From NCBI GenBank assembly GCA_045546995.1, contig JAZQDW010000001.1, forward strand, positions 4,156 to 68,155: 64,000 bases of DNA. The letters run 5' to 3'. Both the position numbers and the translations under genes were made by a program. The DNA comes from Eubacteriales bacterium (GTDB lineage Bacteria; Bacillota; Clostridia; Oscillospirales; QAKW01). The notes under the pieces are model-generated. The model saw nothing but the letters and a program-made list of their open reading frames with translations, had not been told where the DNA came from and made no database searches. Of this stretch, positions 49,824-56,510 are shown in pieces; position 1 is the first letter of the stretch; the number at the start of each line of letters is the position of its first letter.

Positions 49824-50717
49824 TCATCTCAGATGGGCAAGGCCGTGTCGCACGTCCTCCATCGTTGGAATGGAGGGAGCCGCCCCCTGCCGCATCACCG
49901 ACAGGGCCGAAGCCGCCGTTGCATGCAGAATCGCCTCCTGCGGGGTGCTGTTTTGTGAAAGAAGCGCCACGAAATATCCGGTGAAGGTATCCCCTGCCGC
50001 CGTGGTATCCACCGCCTTGACGTTAAATGCTTTTTGCGTGAAACGAATGTCCTGATCGGCATAAATGCAACCCTTGGAGCCCAGCGTCACCACCAGATGC
50101 AATGACGGATATTTCTCCAACAGCAGCTCAATGGCCGTTTCCGGCTGATCGCTGTGGGCAAAACCGGCGGCCTCCGTCTCATTGACCAACAGATAGGCCA
50201 CTTTGCTCAGATCGATCTTTTCCATGGCCGGCGTAAAGGGAGAGGGATTAAACACCACCTGCAACCCCTTGGCATACGCCTTGTCAATGATATATTCCAC
50301 ACAGGACGTCTCATTTTGCAGCATCAGCATATCTCCCGGCGCAAACTGCGCCAGCACCTCATCCACGTAGGCCTTGGTAATCATACCGTTGGTACCGGGA
50401 TATACGATGATACAGTTGTTGCCATTACGATTAACCTGAATGATCGCATGGCCGTTTTTGGCTTTTGCTGTCTGCAAAAGGGACACGTTGGCGCCGCTTT
50501 CCTGCAGCATTTCCTTCAGAAACGCACCATCCTCACCGATCAAACCGGCGTGCCAGATATCACCACCGGCACGGGCCGCCGCCACCGTCTGATTCAGGCC
50601 CTTGCCGCCGGCAAAAACCTCCATTTTCTGCGCATCGATGGTCTCCCCCGTCTGCACGGCGTGATCCACGCTGTAAACGTAATCTATATTGCACGAGCCG
50701 AAATTTAAAATTTTCAT
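49824..50717 (-). CDS. rbsK: ribokinase / PfkB-family sugar kinase
   Basis: GGKGLNQ and DTTAAGDTFTG motifs. 297 aa. Confidence 0.8.
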   Translation of the reverse strand: MKILNFGSCNIDYVYSVDHAVQTGETIDAQKMEVFAGGKGLNQTVAAARAGGDIWHAGLIGEDGAFLKEMLQESGANVSLLQTAKAKNGHAIIQVNRNGNNCIIVYPGTNGMITKAYVDEVLAQFAPGDMLMLQNETSCVEYIIDKAYAKGLQVVFNPSPFTPAMEKIDLSKVAYLLVNETEAAGFAHSDQPETAIELLLEKYPSLHLVVTLGSKGCIYADQDIRFTQKAFNVKAVDTTAAGDTFTGYFVALLSQNSTPQEAILHATAASALSVMRQGAAPSIPTMEDVRHGLAHLR

Positions 50718-50731
50718 ATTGATCCTCTCCG

Positions 50732-51373
50732 TTATTTCATTTTCTCATCAAATCCGGTTTGCATTCCCTGCAAGTGTTCATCCAGACTGTTTTGCTGTAA
50801 CCGTAGCCGTCCATCCTCCCACGTCAGCACCGTGACCGAGGCATTGGTAGCCCAGGGCACCCGATCGACGGTAGCCAGCGTGGGATCCAGACAATAAGCG
50901 CTCAGCAGGCGTACCGGCGTGGCGTGAGCGGCCAACACCACCGTTTGTCCCGAATGGCGGTGCGCGATCTCCTCCAATGCCTGCAGTAAACGCTGTTGCA
51001 GTTGCCGCACCGACTCCCCTTCCGGACAGTAGGCGTTGGCAAAATCGTGGATCCACAAATCCCACAATCGGGGTTCCTCCTTGAGGCTGTCAAACACCTT
51101 GGCCTCCCATCGGCCTCCGTTGATCTCCCGCAGGCCGGGATGCGCAAAAAAGGGCGCGGCGCAGGCGGCCGCAATCTCCTGCCCGGTGACGTAAGCGCGC
51201 TTAAGGTCGCTGGCGTATACCGCCGCAACGTCATAATGCTCCGCAATAAACGCCGCCGTTTTTCTTGCCTGCTCTCTGCCCAGGGGCGTCAGCGGAAAAT
51301 CACTGAACCCGGCAAACAGATCCTGCAGATTGGCCTCGCTTTGTCCGTGACGCACCAGAAGAAAGGTTGTCAT
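50732..51373 (-). CDS. histidine phosphatase (phosphoglycerate mutase) family protein
   Basis: LVRHGQSEAN (RHG motif). AAGGTGGTGA RBS before ATG 51373. The track GTG at 51388 lies inside the RBS. Confidence 0.85.
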   Translation of the reverse strand: MTTFLLVRHGQSEANLQDLFAGFSDFPLTPLGREQARKTAAFIAEHYDVAAVYASDLKRAYVTGQEIAAACAAPFFAHPGLREINGGRWEAKVFDSLKEEPRLWDLWIHDFANAYCPEGESVRQLQQRLLQALEEIAHRHSGQTVVLAAHATPVRLLSAYCLDPTLATVDRVPWATNASVTVLTWEDGRLRLQQNSLDEHLQGMQTGFDEKMK

Positions 51374-51395
51374 TGTCCCGCTCACCACCTTATTT

Positions 51396-51424
51396 TTGTG
51401 TTTTTATTATACCATCACCGTATT
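51396..51424 (-). promoter_or_regulatory. sigma-A-type promoter (TTGACG-17-TATAAT)
   Basis: On the minus strand, TTGACG at 51424-51419 and TATAAT at 51401-51396. Confidence 0.65.
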
Positions 51425-51427
51425 TTT

Positions 51428-51458
51428 TCGTCAACAGAAAAAGGTTGGATCAAGATCC
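51428..51458. terminator. terminator-like hairpin (GGTTGGATC stem), copy 1
   Basis: AAAAAGGTTGGATC-aa-GATCCAACCCTTTTT. Confidence 0.65.
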
Positions 51459-51622
51459 AACCCTTTTTAGAGTGTAAAAAAAGTCGTTTCACCACAGAGA
51501 AACGATCAAAACAAATATATTTATTTGTGTATAACAGTAGATATAAATTGCTATATAGGTATACCGATCACTTAAATTTAAACATCAGGCGCCCTTGCAA
51601 CGCAAGGGATTGCTCTGTTTTC

Positions 51623-51731
51623 CGCGAACAAATCTCCTACCGTACCCACGTACGCTGACGGAGCTCTGTTCGCGAAATGCAACTTCCTTTTTTGCACTCC
51701 ACAGCGTGTCAAAGAAACTTCTTTGACACGC
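51623..51731. repeat. structured repeat element, copy B (hairpin 51623-51674, plus a 13-bp-stem hairpin at 51704-51731)
   Basis: The reverse complement reads CGCGAACA-GAG-CTCC-GTCAG-CGTAC-GTGG-GTACG-GTA-GGAG-ATT-TGTTCGCG. It is flanked by CGAAATGCAACTTCCTTTTTTGCA. Confidence 0.7.
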
Positions 51732-51733
51732 TG

Positions 51734-51763
51734 AAAAGGTTGGATCTTCCGATCCAACCTTTT
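51734..51763. terminator. terminator-like hairpin (GGTTGGATC stem), copy 2; terminator of MATE gene 51765..53168
   Basis: AAAAGGTTGGATC-ttcc-GATCCAACCTTTT, 1 nt from the MATE stop codon. Confidence 0.7.
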
Positions 51764-51764
51764 A

Positions 51765-53168
51765 TTATCGAATTGCTTTGGTTTTCCATTTACCCAGCTT
51801 GTAAAAGATAATGGTCAATACGGCGCCCAGCACCCAGGAGGACAGCAGAGAGATGGAGATACATTCAAACCGTCCGTAGGGCAGTTCTGCCGTGCGGGTC
51901 AGCCAAGAAATACCGTAGGCCAGCGGTACACGGATCAACACGGTAGTGATCAACGAGATCCACATCGGCGTCATGGTATCGCCGGCGCCGCGCATAATAC
52001 CCGAAAGACTTTGCGTTACGGCCATAGCGATATATCCCACTGCCAAAATGGTCATCAGATAATAACTCAGATCGACCAGCGCATCGGTCTCGGTAAAAAT
52101 ACCCATCAGCCATTTGCCGAACAGCAAAATGATCAACGTGATGGCCGCCGAACAGCCCACCGCCATACCGGTGCCCTGTTTGGCGCCCTTCATTACACGG
52201 TCATAGCGACCGGCGCCCACGTTTTGCCCCGCATAGGTGGTCAGCGCCGTACCAAAGGAAAAGTTGGGCATCATGGCAAAGCCGTCCACACGCATAACGA
52301 TCACGTTGGCGGCAATCAATTGCTCGCCGAAGGAGTTGGTCAGTGATTGCACGGTCAGCATCGCCGCCGAAAAGATGGCCTGTGTGGCGCCGGCGGGCAG
52401 ACCCAGTTTCACAATGGTCTTAACGTACGACTTTTTAGGGCGCATAAAACGCAGACCAAAATCAAAATGCTGACGCATTCTGGCCAATTTGATGCCGCAC
52501 AACAGGGACGAAATAATCTGAGCAATGACGGTGGCCAACGCCACGCCGGCTACACCCATATCAAGAAAAGCGACAAAATAAATGTCCAGCACGATGTTGA
52601 TCACCGTGGCAACGAGCAAATACAGCAGTGCCGAAAAGGAATCACCCAGTCCGCGCAACACGCCGCTGAGAATGTTGTAATAGGCCATACCGGCTCCGCC
52701 GAGCAGGGAGATCATCAAATAGTCGGTGCACCAGGGTAAAATGCTTTCCGGAGTGTTAAGCAATACCAGCACCGGACGGATCAACGGCGCGCAGATCAGC
52801 ATTAACGCCAGACAGGCAATGGCCGTCACGGTGATACAATTGCCCACGGTATAAGATAAGCCTTCTCGATTTTTGGCGCCAAAATACTGGCTGACCATAA
52901 TATTTACGCCCGCCGAAATGCCGATAAACAGCACCAACAGCAAATTGAGGATCGGCGCCGCACTGCCGACGGCGGCCAGCGCATTATCCCCCACGTAACG
53001 GCCCACCACAATGCTGTCCACTGTGGAATACAGCTGTTGGGCAATGTTGCCGATCAGCATCGGTACGGTAAACCACAGGATATTTTTCCAGGGTTTACCC
53101 TTGGTCATATCCTGCGGAGCGTATAATTTTTTAAAAACTCCGTTTACTGTTTTAAGCAAAATATTCAA
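51765..53168 (-). CDS. MATE family efflux transporter
   Basis: 467 aa, 12 TM helices. WFTVPMLIGNIAQQLYSTVDSIVVGRYVG. Confidence 0.85.
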   Translation of the reverse strand: MNILLKTVNGVFKKLYAPQDMTKGKPWKNILWFTVPMLIGNIAQQLYSTVDSIVVGRYVGDNALAAVGSAAPILNLLLVLFIGISAGVNIMVSQYFGAKNREGLSYTVGNCITVTAIACLALMLICAPLIRPVLVLLNTPESILPWCTDYLMISLLGGAGMAYYNILSGVLRGLGDSFSALLYLLVATVINIVLDIYFVAFLDMGVAGVALATVIAQIISSLLCGIKLARMRQHFDFGLRFMRPKKSYVKTIVKLGLPAGATQAIFSAAMLTVQSLTNSFGEQLIAANVIVMRVDGFAMMPNFSFGTALTTYAGQNVGAGRYDRVMKGAKQGTGMAVGCSAAITLIILLFGKWLMGIFTETDALVDLSYYLMTILAVGYIAMAVTQSLSGIMRGAGDTMTPMWISLITTVLIRVPLAYGISWLTRTAELPYGRFECISISLLSSWVLGAVLTIIFYKLGKWKTKAIR

Positions 53169-53231
53169 CCTCTTTTCAAAACTACAGCGGGTATTATATC
53201 ACATTTAAAGCGGTTGTACAATACGTTTTTG

Positions 53232-53264
53232 CAAAAAAGAATCGGTCCCCAACAGACCGATTCT
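53232..53264 (-). terminator. Rho-independent terminator
   Basis: AGAATCGGTC/GACCGATTCT stem followed on the minus strand by T6. Confidence 0.75.
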
Positions 53265-53266
53265 GC

Positions 53267-53671
53267 TTATTTTTTCTCCCGTGTGTCCTCCTGTCCGCGA
53301 TAGACCACCCATTTGCAAAACAGAAATTCCAGCACGAAGTTGGAGATCATGGTCACCGCCAGCACGATATACTCGTTGACGCCGCTCTGCTCTGCCAAAT
53401 GTCCCAGCCACGTAGACAACGGCGTAAACACCACGTAAAAGCCAAACACCTTGGCCATTGCAACCGGAACGTTAGCGGCAGACTGGAAGGTATAGCGACG
53501 GTTGAGGGTGAAATTCCACAACACTGAAAGCACCAGCGAGGTCAGATACGCCGGCCAATATTGCCAGCGGCACAGCTCATTGAGCAAGGTAAACGAAAGA
53601 ACCTGAATAATACCCGCCGAAGCGGAAAAGAGGGTAAATTTGATCATTTGCCAGGTAATTTTTCGATTCAT
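53267..53671 (-). CDS. GtrA-family membrane protein
   Basis: 134 aa, 4 TM helices. FTLFSASAGIIQVLSFTLL...WNFTLNRRYTF is typical of GtrA-like proteins. Confidence 0.8.
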   Translation of the reverse strand: MNRKITWQMIKFTLFSASAGIIQVLSFTLLNELCRWQYWPAYLTSLVLSVLWNFTLNRRYTFQSAANVPVAMAKVFGFYVVFTPLSTWLGHLAEQSGVNEYIVLAVTMISNFVLEFLFCKWVVYRGQEDTREKK

Positions 53672-53685
53672 ACCGGTTTCTCCTT

Positions 53686-54162
53686 TCAGTGATTACTGCG
53701 AGAGCATTTTTCCGCATCGATGGCAATGACCAGCGCCAAGGCGCACAGAGCATCCTGCGGATCCGCCACGTCAATGACGTAGGTATCCGTCCAATGCAGC
53801 AGTTCTTTCCCTACCGTCGCGACCACTGCTCCCGTCGGCCCTATGATACGGTAATTCCATTCAAAGAAATCTCCCTGCACCTGCCAACCGTTGAGGTCGA
53901 TATGAAACCGCGGCGTAAATAGACTGAATTCCTTATAAATACATCCCTGACGACCGGGACCGAAATAGATCTCGAATTTCGGAAAGAAGGAAAATATCCT
54001 TTCCTTCACCATTCCCACCTCACGACCCACCGCATCAAAGATCTTCAGACAGTGCCCCCAGGCAAGCTGTCCCTTGACGGTGTACAGGGTCTCCCCTGCC
54101 TCGGAATAAACGTCATAGCTGTCCAGCCAGGAAAAAAAGCGTTGTTTAAATAACAATTTCAT
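53686..54162 (-). CDS. LURP-one-related (tubby C-terminal-like, DUF567) family protein
   Basis: MKLLFKQRFFSWLDSYDVY...PKFEIY...WTDTYVIDVADPQDALCALALVIAIDAEK matches the bacterial LURP-one-related pattern from memory. Confidence 0.7.
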   Translation of the reverse strand: MKLLFKQRFFSWLDSYDVYSEAGETLYTVKGQLAWGHCLKIFDAVGREVGMVKERIFSFFPKFEIYFGPGRQGCIYKEFSLFTPRFHIDLNGWQVQGDFFEWNYRIIGPTGAVVATVGKELLHWTDTYVIDVADPQDALCALALVIAIDAEKCSRSNH

Positions 54163-55207
54163 CTTTTTGTCCTTTCATTGTAAAAAAGAATTTGGGAGCG
54201 CTCAGCCCGTCGGCCGCTCCCGGCACCCGGCGAAGGTGGCACTGCAGCCGCCCCTCTTCGTTCAAGGCCTGCAACACCTCATAGCAAAGCTGACTGCCGC
54301 ATACGCAGGCCGCCTCCCCAAACAGGGGCCGCATCGCCTTGATCAGCGTGGAGCAGGTTTGTTCCCCTTCGGCCAACAATTGCTCCGCCACCGCATACGC
54401 CTGCCCATAGATGCGGGCGTCGGGTGCGGTGACCGCCACGGGCGGCGCCGTCATAGGCGCAATTTCCAGATGATCCCGATACACCGCGCCGTAGGACAGG
54501 GGCGGCATGGTTTGCGGAGCGCCCGCATCCTCGGGGAATGCCAGCGCCGCAGAAGCCAGATAAGCTCCGTGCTCGGCAAAGGCCACCGACAACGGAAAGT
54601 TGATCCGTGCCCAGGCAATGGCGTCGGGGCGCTCTCGGTCCAGCAACAGACCCACGATCTCCGAGGGAAGCTGACAAAAGGCGTCGGCCATGGCCCGCCG
54701 GAAGGGGGTACCGCCCTCCAGCTTGTGGGTGATCAACTGGCACATCAGATCGCTCATATGCACCACCGAGCCATCGGACAGGGTGGGATATCGCCCATTG
54801 GGCTCTTTACTGCGGGAGGTCATCTCATAGCCTTCGGCCACCAAGGCCTCTGCCAATGCTGCGCCCTCTGCGACTCTATGGGCAAAGCAGCCCGCCGTGC
54901 CGTTGGCAATATAAGCCGCACGGGCCTCCCCGTTTTTTCCCCCGATAAAGGGATGGGCATAGTTATCCCCGCCGCCGGAATTGGAGCGGGAATGAAGAAT
55001 GCCGATATTCCCCGGAAGCTTTGCCGCCTCGGTAAGGGCAACCAAACGGTCCAAATCCCCCGTCAACTTTGCATAATGCAATTTCCCGTTATGAATGGTG
55101 GCAATGCCGGTAAAATAACCGCCGGCCAAGCCCTCCTGCCGACGAATAAGTTCCATCAAAATGGGAGCCGCCGGACGGTTACCCACGTAGCCTGCAATAT
55201 TACACAT
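54146..55207 (-). CDS. class-II (Ntn) glutamine amidotransferase-like domain protein without SIS/synthase domain
   Basis: MCNIAGYVG (Cys2) and GILHSRSNSGG resemble the GlmS/PurF N-domain. The last 100 aa or so are unassigned. 17-nt overlap with the downstream gene. Confidence 0.65.
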   Translation of the reverse strand: MCNIAGYVGNRPAAPILMELIRRQEGLAGGYFTGIATIHNGKLHYAKLTGDLDRLVALTEAAKLPGNIGILHSRSNSGGGDNYAHPFIGGKNGEARAAYIANGTAGCFAHRVAEGAALAEALVAEGYEMTSRSKEPNGRYPTLSDGSVVHMSDLMCQLITHKLEGGTPFRRAMADAFCQLPSEIVGLLLDRERPDAIAWARINFPLSVAFAEHGAYLASAALAFPEDAGAPQTMPPLSYGAVYRDHLEIAPMTAPPVAVTAPDARIYGQAYAVAEQLLAEGEQTCSTLIKAMRPLFGEAACVCGSQLCYEVLQALNEEGRLQCHLRRVPGAADGLSAPKFFFTMKGQKDEIVI

Positions 55208-55215
55208 TAGAATTT

Positions 55216-56037
55216 CTATCCTTTAAGTTTTTTAATATTCATATGGATATCGTGCATCTCGTCGTAGCTATGGGCGCGGGTGGTGATCCCCCGTTTTTCA
55301 AAGGCGCCAAAGTCCACCTCATACATAAATACGCCGCTATAATCGGCGCTTTCCAATAATTCAACCAGCGCCTTCCAATCGATTTTTCCCACACCGGGAA
55401 CAAAATGGCATTCATCCCCGAAATCATAATCAGAGATATGCAGGGTGACGATCTTGTCCCCCAACTCTCTCACAAACTCCTCATGGGAACCGCGCAACAG
55501 ATGATTGACGTCAAAGCAGACCCGCAGTCGTTCATCGGCCGACAGCAGTTCTTTCATATCCGCCACGTCACGGCCCAGACAGGTACGGGGCAGATCCTCC
55601 ACCGCAACGATGACTCCCAACTGTTCTGCCGCGTCAGCCAATGCTTTTAAGGATTTTTGACTTTGGGCCATCTGCAAAGGACGCGCCTCCTCTTCAATGG
55701 GCTCGGTGGAGGGGTGAACGACCATATATTGGGCCCCCGCCTTTGCGGCCAGACCCATCAAACGGATATTGTTGGCCACCACTTCCAACCGCTTTTGCTC
55801 ATCAAGGTCGGATATAGTATACCATCTTTTAAACGGCAGATGGTAGGAATTGATCGTGATTCCCGTGCGCTCTGCCTCTGCCTGAATGGCGGCCCAGTCC
55901 AGTTTTTCCTCCTCGCCGAATCCCGGCGAGAGTTCCACGGCATCCACTCCGGCCGCTTTAAATTTTTCAAAATCCAGATGACTATACTGCCGGAAATCAA
56001 TGGAAATCCCCGTCAACCAATTTCTAAAATCCGTCAT
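55216..56037 (-). CDS. sugar phosphate isomerase/epimerase (xylose-isomerase-like TIM barrel)
   Basis: 273 aa. GGGGAGG RBS 6 nt before ATG 56037 (MTDFRNW). AVELSP..., MVVHPS, VAVEDL, LHISDY pattern of the AP-endonuclease-2 TIM-barrel family. Confidence 0.75.
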   Translation of the reverse strand: MTDFRNWLTGISIDFRQYSHLDFEKFKAAGVDAVELSPGFGEEEKLDWAAIQAEAERTGITINSYHLPFKRWYTISDLDEQKRLEVVANNIRLMGLAAKAGAQYMVVHPSTEPIEEEARPLQMAQSQKSLKALADAAEQLGVIVAVEDLPRTCLGRDVADMKELLSADERLRVCFDVNHLLRGSHEEFVRELGDKIVTLHISDYDFGDECHFVPGVGKIDWKALVELLESADYSGVFMYEVDFGAFEKRGITTRAHSYDEMHDIHMNIKKLKG

Positions 56038-56062
56038 TTCTGTCCTCCCCTTTCTTTTTTCC

Positions 56063-56091
56063 ATTTTATCATAGGAGCCCGGCAAATACAA
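56063..56091 (-). promoter_or_regulatory. sigma-A-type promoter (TTGTAT-17-TAAAAT, TGa) for the 56037..53267 operon
   Basis: On the minus strand, TTGTAT at 56091-56086 and TAAAAT at 56068-56063. Confidence 0.55.
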
Positions 56092-56124
56092 CAAAAACCT
56101 TCTGCAAAACCATTTTGCAGAAGG
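56092..56124 (-). terminator. Rho-independent terminator of the XRE gene
   Basis: CCTTCTGCAAAA-tgg-TTTTGCAGAAGG stem followed by TTTTTG on the minus strand. Confidence 0.75.
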
Positions 56125-56137
56125 CTCTATCAAAAAA

Positions 56138-56395
56138 TCAATCTTTTTTTGGCTCACACAGCAGTAAATCATCACAGGTGATATCAAACACCCGTGTAAA
56201 TGCGATCAATTCTATATCCGTCACAAAACGTTTGCCACATTCAATTCGTTGTATGGCGTTTTTGTCGACGTCCAAACCGATCAACTGCAAGCGATCCGCC
56301 AACTCCCTTTGTGACCATTTTCTTTTCGTTCGCTGCCTCGCAATATTTCTTCCACTTATATTATTCCATCCGTTCGTAGCTTTATTGATAAACAT
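56138..56395 (-). CDS. XRE-family helix-turn-helix transcriptional regulator
   Basis: IARQRTKRKWSQRELADRLQLIGLDVDKNAIQRIECGKRFVTDIELIAFTRVFDITCDDLL. GAGGG sits 4 nt before ATG 56395. Confidence 0.8.
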   Translation of the reverse strand: MFINKATNGWNNISGRNIARQRTKRKWSQRELADRLQLIGLDVDKNAIQRIECGKRFVTDIELIAFTRVFDITCDDLLLCEPKKD

Positions 56396-56406
56396 AATAC
56401 CCTCAC

Positions 56407-56479
56407 TTGACATTTAGTGCTTGTCATTATGGAGATTATATGTTATAATGGTGCATAAATTGACATTTAGTGAATGTCA
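56407..56479. promoter_or_regulatory. two copies of a 20-bp operator-like site flanking back-to-back -10 elements
   Basis: TTGACATTTAGTGCTTGTCA at 56407-56426 and TTGACATTTAGTGAATGTCA at 56460-56479. Plus-strand TTGTCA(56421-56426)-17-TATAAT(56444-56449). Minus-strand TATAAT at 56440-56435. Confidence 0.6.
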
Positions 56480-56510
56480 GTCGATTAACAACATAAAGGA
56501 AGTATGTTTT

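Noticed and set aside
50996-51658. A 220-aa plus-strand ORF extending from inside the phosphatase gene into the structured intergenic region. ORF 9055..9291 similarly crosses the 9.1-9.3 kb promoter region.
   Set aside because: The first is antisense to a supported gene for half its length and crosses a promoter and a terminator hairpin. The second crosses a promoter. Both lack an RBS and have featureless translations.
49242-51731. The inverted repeat copies read as the ends of a composite transposon carrying the three-gene operon.
   Set aside because: There is no transposase or integrase inside or nearby. The flanks are not target-site duplications (left flank ..AATAAAACGA, right flank TGAAAAGGTT..). 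The best-conserved block is internal rather than at the tips. Mobility cannot be supported from this window.
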